Positions 53,801-63,215 of a stretch of DNA of 64,000 bases are shown here, piece by piece. The notes under the pieces were generated by a model that searched no databases, was not told where the DNA came from, and saw nothing but the letters and a program-made list of their open reading frames with translations. The position numbers were made by a program, and so were the translations under genes. Position 1 is the stretch's first letter, and every line of letters starts with the position of its first letter. This DNA comes from a virus: the IMG/VR virus record IMGVR_UViG_3300048074_000119; one strand, given 5' to 3'.

Positions 53801-54441
53801 GCGTTGACCCTGGCGAGGCGCGAACGGTCGGCCTGCGCCTGTGCGATCGCGGACGCGAGCGCGGCGCCCGCCGTCGGGCCGGTCGCCGAGAACGTCCGCC
53901 GTCCGGGTGCCTGCGCGGTGGCGAGGTGCGCGCCGTGGGTCACCGGGGGCGCCAACAGGTTGATGCGGAGGTCGGCGGGGATGAGGTCCTCGAGCGTCAC
54001 GGCCCGGGGCCCGTCGGAGACCACCTCGACCACCTCGGCGGCGGGTCGTGCGGGCGACGGGACGTCGGCGCGCGCGCGCCCCCGGCTGCCGGGCTTCTTG
54101 CGCGGGGTGGCGACCTTGGGGGGAGGCGGGGTGGCGCTCGCGGCGATCGCAAGCGAGGCCTTCTCCTGCGCGGCCTCGCCGACCGTGAACACCTCGAACA
54201 CGGGCTTGCCGACGATGGCCACGATGGCAGCCAGCATCTTGAGCGATGGCCGGGCGCCCCCGAGCTCCATCTTGCGCAGCCGCGTCACGTTGACCCCGAC
54301 CTTGGGTGCCCAGTCGCTGCGCGTGAAGCCGAGCTTCTCCCGGATCAGCTTGATCTGGTTGCTGATGTTGGCCGTGGCCCGGGCGGCGCGGATCCGTGGG
54401 TCCACGACCAACTTGTAGCTGGGGTCGTGCTTCCCGCCCAT
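53797..54441 (-). CDS. XRE-family HTH regulator
   Basis: IKLIREKLGFTRSDWA.KVGV....L..ME.G...PS. Confidence 0.8.
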   Translation of the reverse strand: MGGKHDPSYKLVVDPRIRAARATANISNQIKLIREKLGFTRSDWAPKVGVNVTRLRKMELGGARPSLKMLAAIVAIVGKPVFEVFTVGEAAQEKASLAIAASATPPPPKVATPRKKPGSRGRARADVPSPARPAAEVVEVVSDGPRAVTLEDLIPADLRINLLAPPVTHGAHLATAQAPGRRTFSATGPTAGAALASAIAQAQADRSRLARVNA

Positions 54442-54442
54442 C

Positions 54443-54760
54443 TCAGTTCTCGGTCTCCTCGCGGATGCGGGGGGCGTTCGAGATGATGGGGGGGAGGGCG
54501 GGCTTGTCGACGACGATGCTGGCGATCGTCAGGGCGACGCTGGCGTCGATCAGCTGACAGATTTCGGTGGCCGTCAGCTGCACGAAGATGGCGTGGGTCA
54601 GGCGCCGGTTGCACAGCTCGGCCGCCTGGACGCAGGTCTTGTAGAGGAGGCCCGACTCGGAGAGCATGCTCTTGATCGTGGTCGCGGACTGGACCGCGTC
54701 GGCGATCAGGAACTCGATGGGCTTCTTGGCGGGTGCGGGGGGCGGGGGCGGGGATTCCAT
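54443..54760 (-). CDS. hypothetical protein
   Basis: ATG 6 nt after TACCAT. Confidence 0.5.
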   Translation of the reverse strand: MESPPPPPAPAKKPIEFLIADAVQSATTIKSMLSESGLLYKTCVQAAELCNRRLTHAIFVQLTATEICQLIDASVALTIASIVVDKPALPPIISNAPRIREETEN

Positions 54761-54832
54761 GCGGCGATGGTACCAGCCATGGGTCGAAAAGGCCACCGTG
54801 ACGTACCTGTTCGGACCATGGTAGGCTGACCC

Positions 54833-55360
54833 ATGGCTTCCGGGGACTTGCAGAGCCAGATCCTGGCGCACGTGCGCATCCACGGCGGTATCGCGCACAT
54901 CGCGCAATCCGCGGAGGAATGGGGGACGAAGGTGGAGACCATCAGAAGCGTTCTGCGTCGCCTGCGAGACCAGAAGAAGATCCACTACCTCCTGCACGAG
55001 CACATCCGCATCGTCGATCCCGCGCTCGCCGCCCCCGCTCGGCCGCCCCCTCCCCCTCCGCCGACCGTGCCCGCGGTCCCAGAGGCGAAGCGGCGCAAGA
55101 GGTCGCCCCCGCCGCCGCCTCCCCGAACGCTGCCGCCGCCCCGCCGCCTCGAGTTCGACTTCGACGACGAGAGCGAAGAGCAGGCACAGGAAGAAGCGGC
55201 CGCCGAAGAGGAAGAGGAGACGCCCCGCAAGCTGGTGACCGTCGGGGAACTCTCCGACGAAGAAGAGACGCGCCTGTTGCGCGTCCTCACCGAGTACCGG
55301 AAGACAGCCGACCGAGAGACGGCCGACCGAGAGAGGGAGACGGAGACGGATGGCACGTAG
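54833..55360 (+). CDS. wHTH-like protein with Pro-rich and acidic tail
   Basis: Divergent from 54760; GTGACG-18-TAGGCT upstream. Confidence 0.55.
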   Translation: MASGDLQSQILAHVRIHGGIAHIAQSAEEWGTKVETIRSVLRRLRDQKKIHYLLHEHIRIVDPALAAPARPPPPPPPTVPAVPEAKRRKRSPPPPPPRTLPPPRRLEFDFDDESEEQAQEEAAAEEEEETPRKLVTVGELSDEEETRLLRVLTEYRKTADRETADRERETETDGT

Positions 55361-55775
55361 AGTGACGGTCAAGGACTGGTACGCCGAGGCCATCGAGCGT
55401 TTCGGTGCGGACACCGATGCTTGGCAGGTGGTCTGCCCCGTCTGCAAGCACCCACAGACGATCGCGGAGATGAAAGCCGTCGGAATGCCGGAGGCGAGCT
55501 TCGCCTTCTCGTGCATCGGCAGATGGATCTCTGGTTCCAAGGAAGCGTTCGACAAGACGAAGACGGGCCCGTGCACCTACGCGGGTGGGGGGCTGTTCAA
55601 GCTCAATCCGGTGACGGTGGTGTTCCCCGACGGCAAGGAGCAGCATGCGTTCGAGTGGGCCGAGCCGACGACTTCTGCCTGCGCCTGCGGTCACTCCGTC
55701 GAGGAGCACGCGCCGACGGTCGAGCACCCTGGCTCACGAGGCTGCGCCGAGTGCGACTGCATCGCGTTCGTCTGA
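55350..55775 (+). CDS. VVA0879-like phage zinc-binding protein
   Basis: RFG.D...W..VCP.C.H.Q, FSCIGRW, C.YAGGGLFKLNP. Confidence 0.7.
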   Translation: MARRVTVKDWYAEAIERFGADTDAWQVVCPVCKHPQTIAEMKAVGMPEASFAFSCIGRWISGSKEAFDKTKTGPCTYAGGGLFKLNPVTVVFPDGKEQHAFEWAEPTTSACACGHSVEEHAPTVEHPGSRGCAECDCIAFV

Positions 55776-55954
55776 CCAGACCCGCTGTCGCCGCTGCTCC
55801 GACTGTCGCGGTGAGGAGCATCACTTCAGCATCGAGATCGTGGACTTCGCCGACAATGAGCCTGACCACCCCGCGGCGAAGGCAGGGCACCAGTCGTGGA
55901 TGGTCTGCAAGCACTGCGAAGCCTGGAAGCCGCTCACCGACAAGGACCTCGACG

Positions 55955-56353
55955 ATGCCTGAAACGCTCGACGCCGCCCGCCTCCTCGAACTGTTCGAGG
56001 CCATCGAGGCCGCCCCCGAATGGGAGCGCGAGATCGACATGAACTGCGCTATCGCCTCGGTCGAGTTCGACCGTCAGGTGACGGCCAAGGACACCAAGTG
56101 GGAGATCGTTCTCACGAAGGTGGGGCGCGACGGGAGCGAGGACGAGGACACACGCGCCGAGGCGCTCGCGGCGCTGTTCACGACGATCGATCGCCAGACG
56201 CTGCGCGACATGGTCGTGGCTCTACGACAGGTGAAGACCGCGCTCGGCGCGTACGACACACGCCTCACCCAGTCTGCCACCGACAGTTCGAGCGCGACGG
56301 CCGGAGCGCTGCTGGCGCACGCTCTTCGCACGGCGGGGTTCTCCACCCGATGA
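55955..56353 (+). CDS. hypothetical protein
   Basis: Coupled ORF. Confidence 0.5.
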   Translation: MPETLDAARLLELFEAIEAAPEWEREIDMNCAIASVEFDRQVTAKDTKWEIVLTKVGRDGSEDEDTRAEALAALFTTIDRQTLRDMVVALRQVKTALGAYDTRLTQSATDSSSATAGALLAHALRTAGFSTR

Positions 56354-56814
56354 CGACCGCGAAGAACCGTCCCGAGGGCTTCTGCACGCAGTGCAACAAG
56401 CGGCCTGTGAAGCCAGGACGAAAGCGCTGCGTCACCTGCCTTGCACACGCGAGCCGCTACCACGCGAAACGGGTTGCGGAGGCACTGAAGAGCGGCCTGT
56501 GCACCAAGTGCTGCGAACGAAAGGTGCGCAAAGGAAAGAAGCTCTGCGCGGCGTGTGCAGCCAAGACTCGGGCCTACGTGACGAAGCATCGAACCGAGGG
56601 CAACGCCCTCCTTGCATGCTACGTCTCGACGGAGATGGCCCACGCGGTGAAGGCGGCCGCGCAGGCCAAGGGGCAGAGCGTCAGCGAGTGGCTCCGTGGA
56701 GAGATCGAGCGAGCGCTCAGTCAGCCGACCTCGATCAGTGGCGGTTGTCCTGTGTCAGTCCGAAGACCCGCGTCCGCAGGAAGCTCTGCTCGGCCCGCAA
56801 GTTCGTCATCGTGA
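56350..56814 (+). CDS. tandem zinc-finger plus RHH-like protein
   Basis: Two CxxC...CxxC units; C-terminal VKAAA...G.SVSEWLR. Confidence 0.65.
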   Translation: MTTAKNRPEGFCTQCNKRPVKPGRKRCVTCLAHASRYHAKRVAEALKSGLCTKCCERKVRKGKKLCAACAAKTRAYVTKHRTEGNALLACYVSTEMAHAVKAAAQAKGQSVSEWLRGEIERALSQPTSISGGCPVSVRRPASAGSSARPASSSS

Positions 56815-57304
56815 CGACGCAGTCGCCATCGTCGGCGACGCCGCGGAGCATGATGCTCTGCGGGCCGACGCCGAGTCCGATCGGATCCCCGCCCATCGGC
56901 TCCCAGGGCTCGAGAACGGACCCGCCGTTGCGGAACGCTTTCTCGACGCGCTCGATGCACGTGGGCGTGTGGGTGAGCCCGGTGTTGTAGAGGAGCGCCA
57001 GCTCGAGGCCCGGGCGGTGCTCGAGCTGCGACCAGTGATCGAGCAGGTCGCGAGCGTGCGCGAGCAGCATGCGCGTCGACGACAGCCACGAGATGGCGGG
57101 TCGGTAGAGCGTGTGCTGCATGTCGAAGCGCACGAACCCGTCGCCGATCACGATCTCGCCGTACACGCGGTCGTCGGCAGACTCGACGACGGGGATCGGG
57201 ATGCGCGAACGCTGAAGGCCGAACGCTTCGGAGACGGCCTCAGCCAGCTGCTGCGCCGTCGCCTCGTCGAGGACGATGCGCTCGGTCCAGAGCACCGAGG
57301 TCAT
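56735..57304 (-). CDS. hypothetical protein
   Basis: Convergent overlap with 56350 ORF. Confidence 0.5.
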   Translation of the reverse strand: MTSVLWTERIVLDEATAQQLAEAVSEAFGLQRSRIPIPVVESADDRVYGEIVIGDGFVRFDMQHTLYRPAISWLSSTRMLLAHARDLLDHWSQLEHRPGLELALLYNTGLTHTPTCIERVEKAFRNGGSVLEPWEPMGGDPIGLGVGPQSIMLRGVADDGDCVVTMTNLRAEQSFLRTRVFGLTQDNRH

Positions 57305-57606
57305 CCGCCGTCGGGCTTCTTGCCGCTCCGCTGCTGGCTCTGGATGACGTCCATGTGCCGCTTGTAGATGGTCGCGACGTTGTGCTGCATCTCCTCGAGC
57401 GTGAGCCCGAGCTCGAGCGACTTGGCGACGAAGAGGCTGAGGAACGCGGTGTTCGAGGCGACCTCAAAGTGCCGATCGAACTCCTCCGTAGAGAGAGTCT
57501 TCTCCGAACGGCCCTGCTGGATCTTGATGGTCCCGAGCGCGCTCTGGATCGGAGTCAGGATCCGGGAGGCGCGCATCAGGATCGCTTGCTGTTCTTCGCG
57601 GGTCAT
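57301..57606 (-). CDS. hypothetical protein
   Basis: Coupled ORF. Confidence 0.5.
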   Translation of the reverse strand: MTREEQQAILMRASRILTPIQSALGTIKIQQGRSEKTLSTEEFDRHFEVASNTAFLSLFVAKSLELGLTLEEMQHNVATIYKRHMDVIQSQQRSGKKPDGG

Positions 57607-58571
57607 TGGTCCTCCACCACACCACTCGTGTCCTCGGAGAGAGAGTCGTCGGCGTCCTTCTTCCCGAACGCGCGTCCACGGATGGGACATCTCGGCGCCT
57701 TGCCATCGACGGGCACGCCGAGGATCCAGCGGAGGAGCTTGACGGTGATGCGCCGCTCCTCGGGCGTCAGGCCGTCGTTGTGCGGGTCGCCCTCGCCGGT
57801 CTTGAGGGAGAGGAACGCGCGGTTGATGCGGCTCTTGGTGGGGCGACGCGCGATCTCGAGGAGTGGCTTCTCGGGCTTGCCGCCGAACGCGGCGCTGCCG
57901 ATGCGCACCTTCACCGGGTCGGGCTCGTTGTTGGAGATCAGCTGCTCGAGCCACTGCTCCTGCTCGACGGGCGCGTAGTTGGCGAGCTTGTGCGCCTCCG
58001 AGAGCTGGAACATGGGCGTGTTCTTGCGCCACAGCTCCCGGAGCGGCTGGATGAGGTTCTCCCAGGCCACGGTCGCCTTGGCGATGCGGGTCGCCGAAGC
58101 GTTGTTCACGTTCTGCCGGCTGAAGATCAGTTCTACGGCCTTCTCGAGGGAGAGGCCGTGCTGCACGCGGAGCATCGACACACCCTCGGCGAGCTCGAAG
58201 TCCTTCGGCGGCAGCTGGCTGTTCTCGCCAAAGTTCTCGACCGCCTCGTCGAAGTCGGTCAGCGCGTTGCTGAACACGACGAATACGGGGTAGTCGCGCC
58301 GGTCTTGGTGGAGGACGTCCATCGCCGTCATGCGGCGATATCCAGCGATCAGCCGGTAGATCGCCCCGTCCTTGCGGGCTGGGATCCGCCGCACGCTGAC
58401 CGGCATGCGCTGCCCGTGACTCCCGATCAGGATGGCGAGTTCGATCGTGCTCGGCGCCGCAGGGTCAATCGCGCGGCCTCCACGGGACAGATTCCGACCA
58501 TGATCGACAAAAATCTGATCGCGTCGAACGACGGCCGTATCACGCTGCAAGGTCTCGGGCTCGGGTGCCAC
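57603..58571 (-). CDS. ParB/Srx-like protein
   Basis: G...PV.VR, Y.LIAG.RR..A, EN..R/Q.., following HTH-like segment. Confidence 0.75.
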   Translation of the reverse strand: MAPEPETLQRDTAVVRRDQIFVDHGRNLSRGGRAIDPAAPSTIELAILIGSHGQRMPVSVRRIPARKDGAIYRLIAGYRRMTAMDVLHQDRRDYPVFVVFSNALTDFDEAVENFGENSQLPPKDFELAEGVSMLRVQHGLSLEKAVELIFSRQNVNNASATRIAKATVAWENLIQPLRELWRKNTPMFQLSEAHKLANYAPVEQEQWLEQLISNNEPDPVKVRIGSAAFGGKPEKPLLEIARRPTKSRINRAFLSLKTGEGDPHNDGLTPEERRITVKLLRWILGVPVDGKAPRCPIRGRAFGKKDADDSLSEDTSGVVEDQ

Positions 58572-58704
58572 GAAAAAAAGCCTACGGTTTGGAACCGTAC
58601 ATTGTCAACGATTGCCAACGCTTGACAGTGTAGCGGTACCGAATGCACCGTATCGGGAACGCTACCCGCGAGGGTGGCCGACCGCGAAAGCAGCAGGAAA
58701 ACAG

Positions 58705-58923
58705 ATGCCCCGTGCCCCGAAGCCCGTCAACGACTACCTGCGTTTTGTGCAGCAACTGGCGCACCTGAGCCGCGTCATCGACGTCGACGAGAAGCGTCCG
58801 GAGGAGTGGAAGCGTTCGGCGAAGAAGGACGCACAGCGCCTCATTCGACGCCTGACGCAGGAGAATCGCGTGCGTGCTGCGCCAAAGAAGCGTGAGAAGA
58901 AGGCTCCGAAGACGACGGAATAG
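58705..58923 (+). CDS. small basic protein
   Basis: K/R-rich; A-rich RBS region. Confidence 0.45.
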   Translation: MPRAPKPVNDYLRFVQQLAHLSRVIDVDEKRPEEWKRSAKKDAQRLIRRLTQENRVRAAPKKREKKAPKTTE

Positions 58924-59037
58924 TGATTGATTCCGCGCTAGAAAAGCAGAAGTGGCGTCTGAGGCAAGGTCTCTTTTGCCTTTGACCACTCTCGTGCCGC
59001 ATGATTCTCTCTGATCGTTCACAACGTCGGAGGAGCA

Positions 59038-59556
59038 ATGGCCGAGAGCGTCACCGCAATGAACCAAGCTGCACGTCACGCCCTCACCCGGGCGAACGCG
59101 GTGCTCCAGAGCGTGGAGAACCCGCTGAACGTGGCGGCGGAGGAAGGCACGACCGTCCTCGTGCTCGCGGGCCAGGGCTACATGAGCGGCCGCTGGAACA
59201 ACCCGAAGGTCCCCGTCCTCGGGGCGCCTGTCGAGTTGGTCGGCGTCCTCGCCATGTACGCCGGTGCGCTCGCCAACATGATGCTCGAGGGTCCGCCCGT
59301 CGCCGACCGCTGCATGGTCAACGCGGGCACCGCGCTCCTCGGCGGCATGGCGTTCAAGTATTTCGCGGGCCTCGGCCTCAGCCACCGCCCGGCGACGGCT
59401 GCACCGGCTTCCGTGCCGGCCGCGAGCAAGGGTTACGGAGTGGGTCTGGCGACCCCCCGTCACGATGTGATCGGTGGCGCAGTCCCCCGTCACAACATCA
59501 CGGGGGGCGGCGCGCTCTCGGCCACCGAGGCCGCGCGTCTGGCTGCCCAGCGGTAG
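59038..59556 (+). CDS. membrane-associated putative virion protein
   Basis: RBS GGAGGAG; two hydrophobic segments. Confidence 0.65.
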   Translation: MAESVTAMNQAARHALTRANAVLQSVENPLNVAAEEGTTVLVLAGQGYMSGRWNNPKVPVLGAPVELVGVLAMYAGALANMMLEGPPVADRCMVNAGTALLGGMAFKYFAGLGLSHRPATAAPASVPAASKGYGVGLATPRHDVIGGAVPRHNITGGGALSATEAARLAAQR

Positions 59557-59655
59557 TACGTCCGACCCTCCGTCTGAGCCACGGAGAGTTCTCTCACCAG
59601 CGCGCAACAGTCACGAAACCAAGCACACAGACAACACCCTGAAGGAGTTTCGAGC

Positions 59656-60225
59656 ATGAGCTACCACGACATCGTCGGAGCCGACCTCGCGCTGGGCTAC
59701 CGCCACCACGCCCGCGGCCTCGCCATCGGCGCGGACGACGCGGAGCTGGCCAACGCGCTGGCGACCATCCAGGCCCGCGCCCCCTCGCTGGCCCAGGCCC
59801 TCGCCCCCCAGTCCGCCCAGACCGCGATGGTCCGCGAGCTGGCCGCCCGCAACGCCAGCGTCGTCGTGGCCCGTGAGCCCCTCGACAGCCGGACCCTCAC
59901 CCTGCCGTTCCCCGAGACCGTGATCCCGGCGAACAGCGCGGCGACCATCCAGGTCCTCCCGCAGACCCTGTTCCGCTGCGAGCGGTTCGTGATCCAGTCG
60001 GACATCGCGGGCTCGCTCGTGGTCGACGACATCCGCATCGGCACGCAGAGCCAGTTCTCGGCGTCCGGTCCGGTCCCGGCCCGCTGCTTCAGCGAGGTCG
60101 CGGTCGGCGTCGGTACCCTGTACGACACCGCCGAGCCCGGCATCACGATCAGCCTCTCGCTCCGCAACATCAGCGGCAACCCGGTGACCTTCCGGGCCGC
60201 GATGTTCGGCCGCGCGGTCCGCTGA
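59656..60225 (+). CDS. putative major capsid protein, single jelly-roll-like beta-sandwich
   Basis: A/C-rich leader with AAGGAG; strongly biased codons; all-beta C-domain; dedicated terminator. Fold is inferred. Confidence 0.6.
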   Translation: MSYHDIVGADLALGYRHHARGLAIGADDAELANALATIQARAPSLAQALAPQSAQTAMVRELAARNASVVVAREPLDSRTLTLPFPETVIPANSAATIQVLPQTLFRCERFVIQSDIAGSLVVDDIRIGTQSQFSASGPVPARCFSEVAVGVGTLYDTAEPGITISLSLRNISGNPVTFRAAMFGRAVR

Positions 60226-60248
60226 ACCACCCCCGCAAGGGACGCCCC

Positions 60249-60321
60249 CCGCCGGGCTTCGGTCCGGCGGTCAAGCCCCTCGCCTCGCTCCCCCAAGGGC
60301 GGTGCGAGGGGCTTTGCTTTT
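60249..60321 (+). terminator. UUCG hairpin plus intrinsic terminator
   Basis: CCGCCGGGC-TTCG-GTCCGGCGG, then AAGCCCCTCGC/GCGAGGGGCTT followed by TGCTTTT. Confidence 0.75.
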
Positions 60322-60336
60322 CCTCGGGAGACTTGA

Positions 60337-60789
60337 ATGGCCGCCGACAGCATCGGGTATCGGGTCACACACGTCCTTGGCGTCTTCTCGGGTGACCGGG
60401 ACGCTCCGCACCGTCGGACGCTCCGCGAGCGCACGCTGCTGCGCCACCTCTGGTGCATGGTCGAGGACAACCTCGACATCCTCGAGCACGCGGACCCGGG
60501 CGAGATCCTGCACCCGTACAAGTGCGGCACCTGGTACCAGGCCGAGCCCGATGGCCAGGAAGACTGGCTCGACATCCTCTGCGTCAACGACGAGGCCCGG
60601 AAGGGTCGTGGTGCGGACTGCGAAGACCTCGCGGCGTACCTTGCCGCTTGGTACATCTTCCACGGCATCGCGGCGTATCCTGTCTTCGTGTGGCGCTACC
60701 TGCCCGACGGCGGAACGCTCTACCACATCGTGGTCCAGCTCCCTGATGGGTCCATCGAAGACCCCAGCAAGCATCTCGGCATGGGCTGA
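60337..60789 (+). CDS. transglutaminase-like cysteine protease fold protein
   Basis: DCEDLAAY (Cys), YHIVV (His), EDPS (Asp) triad pattern. Confidence 0.75.
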   Translation: MAADSIGYRVTHVLGVFSGDRDAPHRRTLRERTLLRHLWCMVEDNLDILEHADPGEILHPYKCGTWYQAEPDGQEDWLDILCVNDEARKGRGADCEDLAAYLAAWYIFHGIAAYPVFVWRYLPDGGTLYHIVVQLPDGSIEDPSKHLGMG

Positions 60790-60820
60790 GAGGCTCCCCC
60801 CACCGAAGGATTCCCGTCCC

Positions 60821-61798
60821 ATGTACGAAGACAAGCACTCGACCTTGAAGACCGCAGCGGTGGTGACCGGCCTTGGCGCGGTCGGTGTGGCGCTGGGCGT
60901 CTACCTCTACCGCCGCCAGCACCCCGTGAGCCCCGGCTACTCGACGCTCCCGCTGCTCGCGGACCTCGACGGCGCCCCGCGCGGGCACTTCCAGGTCGCG
61001 CCCGATGGCGCGGTGGAGTTCCGGTCGAAGGACGGCCTCGGCGTGCTCGACTGGCTCACGAGCCAGCTCATCATGCCGAGCGGCAGCGACGCCACGATCT
61101 TCAAGATCATGCCGACACCCGACGGCCGCCCGATCCCCCCGGGAGCCTCGGCGAAGGACTTCGCGGTCTCGGCTGCGCTCGCGGGCTTCAACGTGCTCGC
61201 GCGCCCGTCGATCATGACGGCGGACGGCAAGGAGAAGGACCTCAAGTTCACCAAGGACACGCTCGCGGCCAAGCAGGGCGGCGGGTGGGCGATCATGGTG
61301 CGCGCGGACCCCAAGGGCGTCGGAACGATGCCGTCGCTGCCGGCGATGCCGGGCTTCACGCAGCCGGGCCTCGCCCTGCCGTCGACGGCGCAGCAGGTCC
61401 TCAAGCCGAACGCGGACCCCTACTCGGGGATGCCGCAGGACCTGGCCCAGAAGGTTCAGGCGGTGCTCGCCAAGTCCGATGCCAACCCGGCCGACATCGA
61501 GGCGGTCGCGAAGGATCTCGAGGCGAACTACCCGGGGGCCGCGGTGCTCCTGAACAAGAAGGCGGCCGACCTCAAGGGCAACAAGGCGCTCGAGTCGGTG
61601 ACGAGCGGCGCCGCGCTGCTCGTGCCGCGCGACCAGAAGGAGGCCAAGCGGCTCGCGATGTCGTTCGCGGGCCCGGACGGCCAGTACGCGGCGCTGCGCA
61701 AGGCCAACCCGCAGATCGCCCTCACGCCCCAGGGTCTCCGCCCGTGGGTCCCGGGCCAAGTCGTTCGCCTTCCGTTGAGCGCCATGAGGGGAGCCTGA
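60821..61798 (+). CDS. membrane-anchored protein with C-terminal LysM-like domain
   Basis: N-terminal TM; LRKANPQI...W.PGQVVRLP. Confidence 0.7.
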   Translation: MYEDKHSTLKTAAVVTGLGAVGVALGVYLYRRQHPVSPGYSTLPLLADLDGAPRGHFQVAPDGAVEFRSKDGLGVLDWLTSQLIMPSGSDATIFKIMPTPDGRPIPPGASAKDFAVSAALAGFNVLARPSIMTADGKEKDLKFTKDTLAAKQGGGWAIMVRADPKGVGTMPSLPAMPGFTQPGLALPSTAQQVLKPNADPYSGMPQDLAQKVQAVLAKSDANPADIEAVAKDLEANYPGAAVLLNKKAADLKGNKALESVTSGAALLVPRDQKEAKRLAMSFAGPDGQYAALRKANPQIALTPQGLRPWVPGQVVRLPLSAMRGA

Positions 61799-61799
61799 G

Positions 61800-62789
61800 A
61801 TGAAGACGATCAAGATCGACCTGCGTTTCCAGCGGATGGGCACCACGTGGTGCGCCATCGCCCTCGTCAAGAGCCCGTACTGCCCGGAGCCGCTCGAGAT
61901 CATCACCTGCATCGACACCAAGGACATGATGGCGATGACGGGTGCTGACGCGCCGGTCGCGAGCAGCGAGTGCCGCGTGCGCTCGCGCGACATGTGCCTC
62001 GACAGCGTGCTCGACTCGCTCAGCGCGCCGCAGAACGCGCCGATCGTCGCCCAGATGGCGGAAGCGTTCGACGCCTTCAAGGCGGGCATGCGCCTCTGCT
62101 CGGCGGCGATGAACCACGACCCCCGCGCAACGCTCGCGATCGTGGACCTCCACAAGCGCGCGGAGCACGATGGCGACCCGAACGCGCGCAAGCAGCTCGA
62201 CCTCCTCCGGCAGTGCCTCGAAGCCTGCACGGACGGTCGCTGCTCGTTCGAGTTCGTCATCAGCCCGGCAGCCGTCCAGGCGATCTCGGCGGGCATCAAC
62301 CCCTACTCGGGCCGCGGCGCGCAGGACATGGCGTCGGGCTGGGGTCCCTACGCTCCCTTCCCGATCTCGCTGGGTGACCAGGCGGGTGGCTGGGGTCCCT
62401 ACGCTCCCTTCCCGATCTCGCTGGGCGACCAGGCGGGCTGGGCAGGGTCGCGCGTCAACCGCATGCACCCGTCGAACGGTGCCCGCCAGGGCCTCTGGCC
62501 GAGCGACATGTCCGCGGGCGTCAACCCCTACTCGGGGCGCGGCGCGCAGGACATGGCCTCGGGCGTGAACCCCTACTCGGGGCGCGGCGCGCAGGACATG
62601 GCCTCGGGCGTGAACCCCTACTCGGGGCGCGGCGCGCAGGACATGGCGTCGGGCCGCAACCCGCCGAACGGTCTCGGCGCGCAGCACATGGCCTCGGGCC
62701 GCAACCCGCCGAACGGACTCGGCGCGCAGCACATGTCGTCGGGCCTCAACCCGTTCAGCGGCCTGCGTGCGGCCGAGATGTCGAGCTGA
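61800..62789 (+). CDS. putative virion protein with tandem peptide repeats
   Basis: GVNPYSGRGAQDMAS x3 tandem plus variants. Confidence 0.7.
   Translation: MKTIKIDLRFQRMGTTWCAIALVKSPYCPEPLEIITCIDTKDMMAMTGADAPVASSECRVRSRDMCLDSVLDSLSAPQNAPIVAQMAEAFDAFKAGMRLCSAAMNHDPRATLAIVDLHKRAEHDGDPNARKQLDLLRQCLEACTDGRCSFEFVISPAAVQAISAGINPYSGRGAQDMASGWGPYAPFPISLGDQAGGWGPYAPFPISLGDQAGWAGSRVNRMHPSNGARQGLWPSDMSAGVNPYSGRGAQDMASGVNPYSGRGAQDMASGVNPYSGRGAQDMASGRNPPNGLGAQHMASGRNPPNGLGAQHMSSGLNPFSGLRAAEMSS
62294..62786 (+). repeat. intragenic 45-, 48- and 51-bp repeat units
   Basis: Visible DNA tandem copies at 62337/62388, 62516/62561/62606 and about 62651/62699. Confidence 0.9.
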
Positions 62790-62790
62790 C

Positions 62791-63213
62791 ATGACCTGGC
62801 TGAACCAGTACGCGCACACGCACCACACCCGTGCGAACGGGACGACCGGCGCTGCCAGTGGTCACGAGATGTCGAACGATCCGCACTGTGGCAACACGGC
62901 GATCGGTCGCTCCGTGATCATCGGCAACCGCCGCATCGTGGGGTCCGCGCACGTCGGCGGCCCGCACGGCGGCCACGGTGGGCACGGCGGTGGTCATCAC
63001 GGGCACGGTGGGCACGGCCACCACGGTCACCGCGGCCACCACGGCCGGCACGGTCACGGCGGCCACGTCTTCTCGCCGGGCGGCCCGTACCCCGCCTACT
63101 ACGGGTACGACCCCTACTACTACGAGCCCGAAGAGGTGGTCTACGTCCTCGACCCGACGGCGTACGTCCCTCAGGAGCTCGGCACGCGCACGCGCACGCG
63201 CATGGGGACCTGA
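62791..63213 (+). CDS. His/Gly-rich protein
   Basis: HGGHGGHGGGHHGHGG tract followed by Y/P-rich segment. Confidence 0.65.
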   Translation: MTWLNQYAHTHHTRANGTTGAASGHEMSNDPHCGNTAIGRSVIIGNRRIVGSAHVGGPHGGHGGHGGGHHGHGGHGHHGHRGHHGRHGHGGHVFSPGGPYPAYYGYDPYYYEPEEVVYVLDPTAYVPQELGTRTRTRMGT

Positions 63214-63215
63214 AC

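Noticed and set aside
49000-54500. Possible cas or TnpB gene beside the array
   Set aside because: No RuvC, Cas1, HD-helicase or RAMP motifs in flanking ORFs. The HD protein at 44007 is YfbR-like and distant.
56735-56814. 80-bp convergent overlap of two ORFs
   Set aside because: The overlapping tail is low complexity; common in compact genomes.
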